A DNA stretch of 64,000 bases, taken from the NCBI RefSeq assembly GCF_006345805.1, contig NC_043010.1, positions 14,632,001 through 14,696,000 of the forward strand. Reading direction: 5' to 3'. How positions within the stretch are numbered: position 1 is the stretch's first letter; every line of letters begins with the position of its first letter. Positions 25,524-37,769 of the stretch are shown here, piece after piece. The position numbers and the translations under genes were made by a program. The DNA is from Octopus sinensis (taxonomy: Eukaryota). Under the pieces are notes generated by a model. It was not told the DNA's origin. It saw nothing but the letters and a program-made list of their open reading frames with translations, and did not search any database.

Positions 25524-26420
25524 ATGGTCAAGTCTGAGTAGGATGGAAGATTGCAAAGATAAAGCACTGTACAAGCACTTGAGAATAAATGAAACTGAAA
25601 ATAGGTGGACAATTTGATAAGGAAGCTGAAAATAAGATAGACAGAGAAAAAAGATGGTTATGGATGACTAAAAGTGATTTAAAACCGGAAACATAAGCTG
25701 TAATCTGTGCTGCCCAAGAGCAAGCATTAAGAACGAATTACATCAAATACGGAATAGACAACACAAAAAGTGATAAGTGCAGAATTTGTAGACAAAATGG
25801 TGAAACCGTATGGCATATTACCAGCCAATGTACGCCACTAGCCCAGAAAGAATATAAAAGACGTCATGACAATATAGCAAGGATCGTCCATTGGACACTT
25901 TGCAACAAGTATGGACTTGACATAGGAAAGAAGTGGCATGAACTTAAACCTGAAAGCTTCGTTGAAAATGATAATGCAAAGTTCCTATAGGATTTTATGA
26001 TTCAGTGCGACCATGAAATAGAGACTAGAACTCTTGATATAGTGTTAATTGAGAAAGAATGCAAACGATGCTGGATCATGGATATAACATGCCCAGCTGA
26101 CAACAAGGTATGCGATAAGGAAGAAAGAAAAGTCGATAGATATGACAGGTTAAGCAGTTGAGGTCGCTGAAAAAGGTGGTAGTAGTACCAATAATTGTCG
26201 GAGCCGTGGGAACAGTGAGTAAAAATCTTGAGAAGTACATCGAACAAATAGGGGTTGCCAGAAGGGTGGAACACTCGCAGAAAACAGCACTGCTTGGAAC
26301 CACTCGAATACTCCGGAAGGCGCTCGAAAAATAAGGGGTGTTACCTTAGTTCACTGGTAGTGGACAGCTGACACCGTAGTACATCTCCAGTGTTAGATGC
26401 GGTACAAAGACAAAATAATG
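25524..26420 (+). mobile_element. R4/Dong-clade LINE 3' portion (same family as 2030-2630)
   Basis: DLKPET*AVICAAQEQALRTNYIK, DKCRICRQNGETVWHITSQC..RRHDNIAR, IVLIEKECKRCWIMDITCPAD, VVVPIIVGAVG, QKTALLGTTRILRKALEK*. Confidence 0.85.
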
Positions 26421-26799
26421 ATACTGATGCTGTCTATGGACAGTTGACGCTTTCCCTCATACCCATGAAAAAAGCTAAGAGTTTTAATGAAATAACAATG
26501 ACAGCGAGTTAGAATGCTGAAGCATTGCTCTGAAAATTTGAAACTTATTTGATGACAACAGATAAAACAACAAATGGAACCGAAAAAAAGAAAAAAAGAC
26601 GAAAATATTGAAAGTCGAAAACTAATCTCCTCTGTGACCCTTCCTTGATATCACTTTTATGTGTGTTTTACTTTAACTAGTGTTTGCGGTATTCAACATT
26701 CTTGCACCAAGTTTGAGAATGTATCTTCTTTTGTTTGTTGCAATCCAGTAATACATCGAAATCTACTTTTATCCTCACCTAACAACTCTCTCAGTGTTG

Positions 26800-27520
26800 T
26801 TAAGAAAAAAAAGGTCAAAAGATGGATAAGTAGTTACCCAAATATAAAAAAAAAACAGATACTAATGAAAATTTGCGATCTTAAGAAAGGCATAAGTAAA
26901 CTGGATCAGTGAAAGCCGGGAAATTGAAAGAAAAAAACAAAACGAAAGAAAGCTAGGTTAGAAGAAATGTTTCAGGTAAAAAGAGGCAAAGAACTGGAAG
27001 AACGATTGAAGAACTAAAGCAGAAGGTAAAGACAAAAGATTACTTAATCAGAAAATACGATGAAAGATCCAACCAATAGCAAAATTACATATTTTAATCA
27101 AACCAGGGACATCTGTTTTAGAAGGAGATGAGAGTAATGATAAGAAAAGATCGAATTCTGAAGAAAACAAGCTTTTGATGGGAGAAAGTAGGAAAACATT
27201 CTAAACACTGTAATGAAGTAAAATGGATTAAAGCCAGTGGAAAATTACAGAGAAAATGTTGTGGTGTAGAAGGATGTTAGCACGAGGAAAGTATATACTG
27301 GAAGTAATTAAAAAGAAAGGTAAGAGAGAAGAAAGCAGACGACCAGAACTGGTCCATGGCAGACGACCATAATTAGTCCATGGTTACTGGTTGAAAGAGT
27401 TTATGAGTCTCCATGAAACGATTGTGATGCAGCTATATGTCAATGATGTATGTATTACCGTGGTTAACAAAAGGAAGAACATGCCTAATACTGAAAGACA
27501 ATGAAACTGCTGAAACTAAG
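26800..27520 (+). mobile_element. Decayed R4-type LINE pre-RT/RT N-terminal fragment
   Basis: ..EELKQKVK..YDER..; ..VHGYWLKEFMSLHETI..; PWLTKGRTCLILKD. Confidence 0.55.
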
Positions 27521-27539
27521 CAAGTCGCACCTTCCAGAA

Positions 27540-27760
27540 TCAGACGTCCACAGGCTCTATCTCCCAAGAAAAGAAGGCGGCAGATGCCTAATCCAGCTTG
27601 AAACGTCCTATAAAACGATCTCGATAGGACCTCAAGTGAACAGCTGAAGTAACACCGACTAGATGATACAACTGGTAAGGCAACATGAACAAATTAAGAA
27701 ACTGCACTCAGTCTCAAAGAAGGCATATAAAGACCTAAGACTTCGGAGCAATATTTGGAT
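27540..27760 (+). mobile_element. R4-type LINE RT-thumb fragment
   Basis: DVHRLYLPRKEGGRCLIQLETSYKTISIG. Confidence 0.65.
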
Positions 27761-27962
27761 GAAGATACGGGATCAACTGACGTTCACCTATTTCCTAGTG
27801 AGAATCAGGATCATGATCCTCAACACACAGAAATGCGAAGGGAACAGGCCCAACTTATGCGTAGTTACAGCTCTGTAGTCCTGGTTGACAATCTTACTAG
27901 AGATGGTGCCTCGAAAAAATACCGGTTGGTGGCTAATCTTAAAACACTTGCCTCAAAGTTGA

Positions 27963-30900
27963 GTGAAAGTGTCAAATACAGATTTATCAAATATTGGTGT
28001 TAGTGAGGCTGGAAGTAAAGGTGAAAGCCTTTCGCCTGGCAGGTGGCCTGTGGCTGAGCAGCGCAGACCCAGTCGTCATCCAGAGACTGCTTGCTCACAA
28101 AACCAGAAGCAGAGAAGGAGGTGGGAAAAGGAAGTAAACCGAACGGTAATTGAATGCTGGATCAGGAGTGAATACAGTAGAAGGGGATCCCGACAGCGAA
28201 TGAAAGCAAAATGGAATGAAATAGGATTCTTCGAAACTATAGAGTAACGGTTAGCCTAGCAGGCAAGAGCAATAAGAGCAAAACGGTGGATAACATACAT
28301 GGAAATAGAAGAGAGAAAAAGGAAAGTAGAAGATAGAAATAATATTTCACCAACAGATAAATGTGACCCGTGAGAACAGAGAAATGAAAGGCGGCAGTGA
28401 AGATGTAGAGCAAAGTGTAAATAAATTCTCAGCAAATGAAGCAGAAGTAATGGGAAGAGCTATGTCACAAGAATACGATGATGACCAACAAGACATAATG
28501 AGGATGCTGTGCCGATATATTAGAGAAGACCAGGATCAAGCAGTCACCAACTTGAGGTACACTGATCGATGCAAGCTGAAAGTTGAAACCGAAAAAATAG
28601 TTTCGGTTGTTGGGCCAGACGAGAAATATGATTGTTTGGGCTACAGCTATGGTAGCTGCAGATAGAATTGGATACAAAAGAAAAGAACAAACGGAACGTA
28701 AAGAACCATACTGGCGTTGACGAATTTGTGAGAAAAAAAGTTAAAAAGACATTTAAGACAAGTTGATAGATTGAGAAGAAGGGAATTGCAGAAAGAAAGC
28801 ATAAGAATAATGCTGGGAAGAACATAAAGGTTATGATGTGATATTGGAAAAATTGAAACAAAGAGTAGGAGCAATCAAAGCAAAACTAGAAAGATATGAC
28901 AATAGAAAAAGGCAGTTCAGGTAAAACAGATTGTTTGAAGCAAATCAAATGAAACTGTTTCAGGAACTTGATGGGCAAATACACGTAACAATGATACCAG
29001 ATGCAAAGGAAAGCAAGGCATTCTGGAGAGGGATCTGGGACCAACCTGTAGAGCATAATGATGAAGCAGAGTGGCTGCATGAAATCCAAGATAGGTTAAG
29101 AAATATAGAAGTCCAAGAAGACATAAAGATAACAGCAGAAATGATAAAATAGGAGTTTAAAAAATTCCCAAATCAGAAGAGCCTGGAACTGGATGGGGTC
29201 CAAGGTTATTGGCTGAAGAAGCTGGGAGGGGTCCATGAGAGGATAGCAGAAGAGTTAAATGAGTGCTTGCAGGGAGGGTGCAGTACCCAGGTAGATGACA
29301 AAGGGAAAGACATTGTTATGTGCCAAGGGTCCTGAAAAGGGAAATGTTGCATCCAACTTTACACCAATAACATGCCTTCCGCTCATATGGAAACTAACAT
29401 CAGGTGCTTTGGCCAGTGAACTGTACAGATACTTGGGAAAAAGTGGGCTGCTCCCCATTGAACAGAATGGATGCCGGAAAAGGAGCCGGGGAACGAAGGA
29501 TCAACTCTTAATTGATAATCTAATTATCAGGAGCTGCAAGGGAAGACATACAAACCTGAGCATGACATGGGTTGACTATCGCAAAGCATACGAAATGATA
29601 CCATACTCCTGGGTAGTAAGAACAATGGAAATGTATGGAGTAGCAGAAAATATGAGAAGCCTTATATGGAATGGCATGAAATGCTGGAGAACGGAATTGA
29701 CAGCAAGGAAGCAAGTATTAGGATAGGTGAAGATCAAGAGAGGAATCTTCCAAGGGGTTAGTGTGTTTCCACTGTTATTCGTGTTGGGAATGATCCCCTT
29801 GAGTGAAATACTACAGAAAACAAAGTTGGGGCATGATCTGGGAAGAAGTAAGGGAAAACTGAACAACTTGCTATTCATGGACGAGGCAGAACTGGACAGC
29901 CTAGTCCAGTCTGTGAGGGTTTTTTCCAGTGATATTAAGATGGAGTTTGGACTCTCAAAATGTGCTACGATGGTGATGATTCGAGGAAAGCTTGCCAAGA
30001 CAGAAGGCATTGCCAAGTGGTGAAATGATAAAGGCAATTCAACCTCAATCCAGCTATATACACCTGGGAATATTTGAGGCAAATGGAATCAAGCATCACG
30101 ACATGAAGGAAAAGACAAAAAGATACTGCTTGCGGCGAGTGAGAAGAAAATTGGCTTCAAAGCTGATTTCGGCAATAAACTCGCGCGCAGTGGCAGTAGT
30201 TCAGTGTGGCACTGGAATCCTGAAGTGGAGAGAAGAGGAGCTAAAGGAGATGGACAGGAAGTCAAGAAAGCTCCTAAGGATGCATGAAGCCCATCATACA
30301 CGTGCAGACACTGATCGCTTATACATGAAGAGAGCAAACGCAGGAAGGCGACTGATAAGTCGATAAGACTGCATGCGTATTGAACTCGAGAGCTTAATGA
30401 GATACCTATCGCAAAGTAAAGAAACCTTGCTAATACCAGTTAGGAACGAGGAAGTATTGAGAGTGGAGGACAAGGGAAAACAAAAGGAAGATGTACAAAA
30501 AGGACGTGAAGAAATATGCAAGAAGGGACTACACAATCAATTCCATGTAGTCACAAGAGAAGTTGCTGGAAAAAATAGGTAGGATTGGCGGAGGAAAGGA
30601 ACCTTAAAAAAAAAAAGGTAAAAATGTCACTATCTTCTGGGATTTTTCAGTCAAACCCAACAGAACGATCCAGTCTAATCGACCAGACATAGTTATTAAA
30701 GAATGGAAAAAATACTTGTAGACTAATACATGTAAGTATTCCCACTGATAAAAATATATTTATAAAAGAATTTGACAAATTAAGTAAATATATGGACCTG
30801 GAAATCGAAATAGAAAAGAAGTGGTATTGTTATTGTGGGTGCCCTAGATATGATAAAAAAGGGATTTCAAAATCATCTAGATAATATTCCAGGAGAACCA

Positions 30901-31130
30901 TGTCTCAGAGAAATCTAAAAGATTGTGCTAACAAGTATTACCCGCATCCTTAGAAAAACCCTATCAATTTAAATGTCTGTATTGTATTACATGAAGGTAT
31001 TTTGCTGCTGTTCCTGCCACTTCCCTCTCACCAAGCTTTCAGTCATTCTGTAATATCTCTTATCCTTTACTCACCCTAGGACGATGGGTGTTTCTCGGCA
31101 AGTGACAGTAACAGACATGCAGATTAAAAG
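27963..31130 (+). mobile_element. Near-full-length decayed R4/Dong-clade LINE (N-terminus, RT, RLE, 3' UTR, TAA tail; deletion around the CCHC finger)
   Basis: RRWEKEVNRTVIECWIRSE..RQRM (ORF 27963-28247); DGVQGYWLKK; [51 protein letters not shown] (ORF 29295-29726); RGIFQG..PLLF..NNLLFMDE..MEFGLSKCA (ORF 29727-30023); DTDRLYMKRANAG; RPDIVIKE..KEFDKLSKY. Many stops and frameshifts. Confidence 0.88.
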
Positions 31131-31189
31131 TCAATAATAATAATATAATAATAATAATAATAATAGTCATAGGTACCCTGAAATGATAG

Positions 31190-31497
31190 CAGAAGGGGCT
31201 GATTGCTACCGAGCTCAGATACTAGGAAACCCCAAAATGGCAGAAATTCAAAAGATAGTACTCCTGGGAACTGCCCATATCCTACGCAAAATAGTCTCTA
31301 CTTAATCTCAAGTTTTAAAGCAAACATAATTTTCTTATGTTTTCTTAAACATTCTATAGAACAACACTATGTACAAAACCAAATATATGACACCTTAGGC
31401 ATAACACCAACATGAACTTCCAACTAGTTGTCTCTTGAGGTCTCTGGGTGAGACTTGGAGCCAACTTGTACAAATGTAAAGCAAAAGTCAAACATAA

Positions 31498-31500
<3 letters not shown>
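31190..31500 (+). mobile_element. R4-type LINE extreme 3' end (family of 181-1810)
   Basis: Same terminal ORF and 3' UTR as 1430-1750, flanked by (TAA)n. Confidence 0.85.
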
Positions 31501-31549
<49 letters not shown>

Positions 31550-31551
<2 letters not shown>

Positions 31552-32030
31552 GGTCACAGAAAACGAGAAAGCAACCATACTCTGGGATATGCCAATACAC
31601 ACAGATAGAGAAATTAAGGCTAACAGACCAGACATAGTTGTCAGAGAAATGCTTTCTAATTGATGTATCTATACCAGCAGATGACAACGTGTCTCTGAAA
31701 GAAATGGAGTAACTTTCAAAATACAAAGACCTGGAAACAGAGGTAACTCGAATGTGGAATCTAAAAACAAACAATTCCTATCATAGTAGGTGCATTAGGC
31801 AGGATAAAAAAGTATTCAGACAAATACATAACAAAAACACCAGGACTTACAAACACGTATAACATACAGAAAATTGCACTACTGGGCACTGCCCACATCC
31901 TACGCAAAATACTTTCAATACAGTAACCATCAGAGTATCACAACGAAACACAGCACATACCCAAGGCACACAGAGCTGCGCTCGGTAGTGAAGTGAAAGA
32001 ACGATATAAAAAAAAAAAAACACTGAATAA
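31550..32030 (+). mobile_element. R4-type LINE 3' end (RLE domain; further family)
   Basis: KATILWDMPIHTDREIKANRPDIVV, LIDVSIPADDNVSLKE, KYKDLETEVTRMWNLK, KIALLGTAHILRKILSIQ*. (TAA)n on both sides. Confidence 0.85.
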
Positions 32031-32360
32031 TAATAATAATTGATGACGATGATTTCTTTCCACTTCTTTACAATGATGATGGTGATGATGATGATGGCAA
32101 CAACGACGATGATGATTTCTAAGAGAGACACAGAGTCACAGATTAGTGGTGGGGAAGAGGTATAGTTTATTATAGAAGTCACCAATAATGACTGGTACTT
32201 GTCGACCTCAGATGGATGAAAACCGAAATCGATTGTAGCAGAAATTGAATACGCAATCCAACGTAAAGAGGTAAAAATGGAAAAAGGGCATAAGATAGAG
32301 GAACACACCTGAAGATGGAGGAACACAACCGAAGAAGGTGGAGGAACACAACTGAAGAAG

Positions 32361-32652
32361 TTTGTTGTTTGTTCCTTCTCGAGTGACGCCTGGCTCATAG
32401 GGCCGGTTTCCCGGTTTCCTTGGCGCATAGGTTCCCCACCGATCCGTCGCAGGTGAGCTGCAAGATGCAGGAGGAGAGAGTGAGAGAAAGTTGTGGTGAA
32501 AGAGTCAGTAGAAGTTCGCCATTACCTTCTGCCAGAGCCGCGTGGAGCTTAGGTGATTTCACTTATAAACACACACATCACCCGATCTGAGATTCGAACC
32601 CGCGATCCCTCGACTGCGAGTCCGCTGCTCTAACCATTAGGCCATGTGCCTC
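32361..32652 (-). mobile_element. SINE family C (tail type 1) with 12-bp TSD
   Basis: TSD CAACTGAAGAAG at 32349-32360 and 32653-32664. Confidence 0.88.
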
Positions 32653-32936
32653 CAACTGAAGAAGGTGGAGGAACACAATAGAAATATGATAAAATAAGAG
32701 AAATAAGGTAAGAGTCTGATAAAGGAAAGCTGATGATTACACAAGAGAATGAAAGAGAATAAAATACAGGAAATCAGGTAAAGTAAAAGAATTATAAAAG
32801 GTAAAGGAAGGAAAGTGGTAAAAAAAAAGGGGGCGGTTGTAAAGAAGGTGGTCAAAATGAGATGAAGACTGACAAATATATAAAGGTAAGGGAATACAAG
32901 TAGATATGTTTAAAGGAGTTTATTTAAGTAAGGTAG

Positions 32937-33146
32937 TACTCTTTTACTTGTTTCAGTCATGTGACCGCGGCCATGCTGGAGCACCGCCTTTATAGTCGAG
33001 CAAATCGACCCCAGGACTTATTCTTTGTAAGCCGAGTACTTATTGTATCGGTCTCTTTTGCCGAACCGCTAAGTTACGAGGACGTAAACACACCAGCATC
33101 GGTTGTCAAGCGATGTCGGGGGGGACAAACACAGACACACAAACAT

Positions 33147-33179
<33 letters not shown>

Positions 33180-33344
33180 CGACGGGCTTCTTTCAGTTTC
33201 CGTCTACCAAATCCATTCACAAGGCTTTGGTCGGCCCAAGGCTATAGTAGAAGACACTTGCCCAAGGTGCCACGCAGTGGGAGTGAACCCGGAACCATGT
33301 GGTTGGTAAACAAGCTACTTACTACACAGCCACTCCTGCGCCTA
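32937..33344 (-). mobile_element. SINE family A, full length
   Basis: Matches 13321-13725 and 15623-16021. Confidence 0.85.
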
Positions 33345-34014
33345 TAGTTGAGAAGTAAATAAGATAAAGGGCCCGAGGAAGTAAAATAAAGGTCCAAATA
33401 ACATAAAGGAGCAGAGACTAACATAAAGGAGCAGAGACTAACGAAAAGGCGCGCAACTAAATAAGATGAAAGGAACTGACACTCTTCAGATTTCTTTATA
33501 GAGTTCTGTGTTTATTGTATTTCATTGTTCCCTTCTTTTACCGTCTTTCCAAAGAAGGGGACAGAATTGGGTAAAGGAACACAAGTGAAGGAATGGAAGC
33601 TGCATAAAATAATGCAACAAAAAACGGGAAATGGAAAGCATTAGAAGGAAATTGTTAAAAGATCAGTAAATACCATAAAGGAAAAAGGGGTGGATAAGTT
33701 GAAGGGATGGAGAATGGGATTAAATAAGATAAAGGTACACATGGGGGTAGAAGAACAGAACGAAATAAGAGGCAGAAGTAATTTAGCTAAGAGAAAATAA
33801 TTAAGTTAAAAGAGCAGAATATATTAAGGAATGCAACGTGATGACGATAATGAAATCTCGTTTAAAGTGACTGAATAAATGCGATAAAATCTTTGTCATC
33901 GGTTGATATCTTAAACGTGTATATCGGGCTTTAATTAAATTGACCATTGCTAATTGGAAAGATCTTAATTTTTCATTCTATATGCTTTTTATTGGATGAA
34001 CAATGAGTTTTCTC

Positions 34015-34425
34015 GGATCGTTTCGGTTTGAACGGCAGTTTTTTCTAGCGGTGTCATATGAAATTGTCACCCATAATTATGACCCTAGAATCGATCTATT
34101 GCATTTCAATCTCTTTTAGGGTTAGGGGTGGAGGGAAGGGTATCTTTTTTTCTTCACAAATGTAAATAAACACAATCTGTTTCTTAAACGAGGGACATAT
34201 TCATACGGCACAGAATGCTTTTTAACTAAATAGACGTCACTGATTGGTTGAAAGTGCAGAAATTGAAGAAAAAAAACAACAAATATCTTACAAACTATAG
34301 AATTTTCTCAATAAACCCAAGAGAAAAAGATGTTTTATAAACACATTCTACCAGTATACGAAGTTTGAAATGTTTTAGTTACCTAGAAATTATGTTAAAA
34401 ACTGCCGTTCAAACCGAAAAGATCT
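34015..34425. mobile_element. MITE, second copy (8-bp TSD)
   Basis: Same TIRs as 7372-7796, in the opposite orientation. TSD GTTTTCTC at 34007-34014 and 34426-34433. Confidence 0.85.
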
Positions 34426-34701
34426 GTTTTCTCTTTGGAGATCGAAACAACAAAACTTTCAAGCCAAAAATCAACATTACAGAAGGTAGACACAGGGCGA
34501 TTTGATAAAACATGCTGCTGCCATTTTAGGTAGGGGAAACTAGCGTACGGCTGACCTGCGACCTGAAGGTGAAGACCTTAATGAATCGGTTGCCGTCAAT
34601 GCTATTGATTTGTTTAATCAAATTAACATGCTGTATGGAAGAATCGTAGGATTTTGCACAGAGTTGTGCAGAAATGTTCGCCGGGCCGAAATACGAGTAC
34701 C

Positions 34702-35112
34702 TATTTCTTTATTACCCACAAGGGGCTAAACATAGAGGGGACAAACAAGGACAGACAAACGAATTAAGTCGATTACATCGACCCCAGTGCGTAACTGGTA
34801 CTTAATTTATCGACCCTGAAAGGATGAAAGGCAAAGTCGACCTCGGCGGAATTTGAACTCACAACGTAACGGCAGACGAAATACCTATTTCTTTATTACC
34901 CACAAGGGGCTAAACATAGAGGGGACAAACAAGGACAGACATAGGTATTAAGTCGATTACATCGACCCCCAGTGCGAAACTGGTACTTAATTTATCGACC
35001 CCGAAAGGATGAAAGGCAAAGTCGACCTCGGCGGAATTTGAACTCACAACGTAGCGGCAGACGAAATACCGTTAAGCATTACGCACAGCGTGCTAACGAT
35101 TCTGCCAGCTCA
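34702..35112 (-). mobile_element. SINE family B dimer with 20-bp TSD
   Basis: Two B bodies in tandem. TSD CGGGCCGAAATACGAGTACC at 34682-34701 and 35113-35132. Confidence 0.88.
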
Positions 35113-35462
35113 CGGGCCGAAATACGAGTACCACTGGGTCGATGGTCAGGTTGTGAAAAAAATCAATCAAGCGCTCTGCCCCCAAATATATTGATCACCG
35201 GATGACCTATGTACAAGACCAGTTTGATGTTGAAACACAAAACAAAAACATTAATAAGGTAAGGTGATGCAACAATAAGGGAAGAGAACAAATAAGTTAA
35301 AGGAAAAATATTAATTATGATAAACTGGAAATTATTTATGAGGAATATGTTTCTTTTTTTTTTTTTTTTACACAGATTTTTCAGTGACCCTCTTTCCGAA
35401 AATGAAACTCCGGCAATATACATGAATAAAATTTAGAGAAAAATTAAATCTATATACAACAT

Positions 35463-35663
35463 TACCCTTCCCCCACCCCTACCGCTAACCCTAACCCTAA
35501 AAGAGATTGAAATGCAATAGATCGATTCTAGGGTCATAATTATGGGTGACAATTTCATATGACACCGCTAGAAAAAACTGCCGTTCAAACCGAAAAGATC
35601 CGAGAAAACTCATTGTTTATCAAGAAAAAAGCATATAGAATGAAAAATTAAGATCTTTCCAAC
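35463..35663. repeat. Inverted duplicate of 33953-34145 (half MITE plus ~60 bp of its flank)
   Basis: GAGAAAACTCATTG..GCATATAGAATGAAAAATTAAGATCTTTCCAA is the reverse complement of 33953-34014. Confidence 0.75.
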
Positions 35664-35804
35664 AATGGCGGTGCCCCAGCATGGCCACAGCTCGTGAGCT
35701 GAAACTAGAATCAATCAATCAATCAATTGGATCTCAACTAAAGAGTTAATTCAAGACAAATTAATATCAGAAATCAAAATTTTAAATGAAACAAAAGTTG
35801 TTAA

Positions 35805-36011
35805 ATATGTTTCTTTATTACCCACAAGGGGCTAAACATAGAGGGGACAAACAAGGACAGGCAAACGGATTAAGTCTATTACATCGACCCCAGTATCTAA
35901 CTGGTACTTAATTTATCGACCCCGGGGGTCGATGCAATCGTCTTAATCCGTTTGTCTGTCCTTGTTTGTCCCCTCTATGTTTAGCCCCTTGTGGGTTATA
36001 AAGAAACATAT
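35805..36011. repeat. Foldback made of two inverted SINE-B 3' halves
   Basis: 35805-35891 is the reverse complement of 35925-36011 with few mismatches. Confidence 0.85.
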
Positions 36012-36223
36012 ATAGTTGTTGCCTTCGCATCTAAAATCTTTATGTCAAAGTCAACCATATTGTAGATACATAGTGGTATACTAAAAACTTTTCAGTCGCG
36101 TGAAGGTCTTCACGTTAGAAAACCACGACTATTATTATTGGTTTAACTCAGGTTCGGTTTTATTCCTGACAGAATTTATATGGGTAATGGGTTACTACCT
36201 GTAACCTTAAGTATCCTATTATT

Positions 36224-36570
36224 ATAGCAAGTTTACTGAAAGGTGGATAAATGTCGCAAGAATGGCCAGTATGAAAGGAGCCATTCTGTAATTAAAAAGG
36301 TAATATAAAAGGAGAAAGGGGCTCTCTACCCCCCTTTTGACCAGGCTCCCGTGGCTTTTATGGGTTTTTCCACCAGGAACCTTTCGTAATGACTCCCCCT
36401 ATTGGGAGTTTTTTGTTGTTTTAATTTTTCGTTGTTACACTGTTTTTACACGGTTTTTTACAAACGGACAAAACCCTTTGTAACTTTCGTCCTGTGTTTT
36501 GTCCCTTTATGTTATAATTAATTTTTGTCAGCCCTTGTGGCCAATAAAAGAATTAATTATTATTATTATT
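36224..36570 (+). mobile_element. Tx1/L1-clade LINE 3' end with (TTA)n tail
   Basis: KFTERWINVARMASMKGAIL plus 3' UTR ending CCCTTGTGGCCAATAAAAG. Confidence 0.8.
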
Positions 36571-37328
36571 ATTATACACTTTCTTCTGCACCCACCTCCA
36601 CAACTCTATGCTATTCGCTTTTCCCTTCCATCCCTGGCTGTATTCATTTCACTTGTGTTGTACAACTGCTGTTGAAGTGTTTTCATATCTGACATCTGTA
36701 GCTACAATATTTGCCAACATCCGCTGTTTAATTGTTCTTTTATTCGATCCACCCATACATATTAAAATGAAAAGCCAACGATATCCGTTGGTTTACTGCA
36801 AGAAGGAATGATAACTATCTCTTCCTCACGGCACATTAACAAACTTCGTTTTCATTTTTTTTTTTGCATTTATCGAAATTGATGTTTTCGGCCACTCCCT
36901 ACCTACCACAACTCTTACCATTCCTTTTATTATATTCCATTCCATGGATATAAAAAAAAAACTCTTCCACAATGCAATACATTCACAAGCGTTATAAACT
37001 GGCTCGTATTCTCCATTAACGTTCTTTTATGATGTTCTCAATTAGACATTCATCAATGTATTAAGCTGCTGTTCTGCATTATATAGATCTGCGATTGCTG
37101 TGTTAAACCACTGATCCCAATTAGACAGACATTGCCCGGCTAGATTGTTGTACATCGTTCATTCTCAACTCTATTAAACTTCCCTATCATACACACCTCC
37201 CATACACACACACAGAGCTGTATGAAATGCTCCTAAAATGTATAGGCACACATACATACACACACTCACACAGCTGTATGAAATGCTCCTAAAATGTATA
37301 GACACACATACATACACACGCACATACA

Positions 37329-37428
37329 NNNNNNNNNNNNNNNNNNNNNNNNNNNNNNNNNNNNNNNNNNNNNNNNNNNNNNNNNNNNNNNNNNNNNNNN
37401 NNNNNNNNNNNNNNNNNNNNNNNNNNNN
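37329..37428. other. Assembly gap (100 N)
   Basis: Run of exactly 100 N, a typical scaffolding placeholder. Confidence 0.99.
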
Positions 37429-37610
37429 GCAAATATTCTGCTCAATACCACAGATTTGCTTGTCAGTTGTTTGACCTTAACCAGTTGGGCATGTCCCTTA
37501 GTGGCTGACGATATGTGCATCTCTGATCACGAGCAGAAGTAGTGGGGGAGTATCATAGCCATGTGTTGAGAGGGATTCTTTGGGGTTTGAATTATTCACC
37601 TCTGGAATCA
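37429..37610. mobile_element. Partial copy of the 2856-3415 repeat, abutting the gap
   Basis: GCAAATATTCTGCTCAATACCACAG...CACCTCTGGAA matches 2963-3140. Confidence 0.8.
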
Positions 37611-37769
37611 ACTAATCCCTCCCCCCCAATAGCTGCCGTAGTGGCAAAATTTGAAACCATTCTTATTATTGCTGCTGTTAACGAGTTGGACACCATGCTT
37701 CGCCGTATTTCTCTTGGATCTGTAGCCGGCTTTTAACTTTTATCCTTTCGGGGTTGATAAAAGGAAATA

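Noticed and set aside
32296-32680. GGAGGAACACAAC(C/T)GAAGAAGGT direct repeats resembling a CRISPR-like array
   Set aside because: No unique spacers. It is a short minisatellite interrupted by a SINE with its TSD, in eukaryotic context.
37195-37328. Tandem duplication of a ~60-bp unit next to the gap
   Set aside because: It lies at a contig end, so it is most likely an assembly-edge artefact or trivial slippage.
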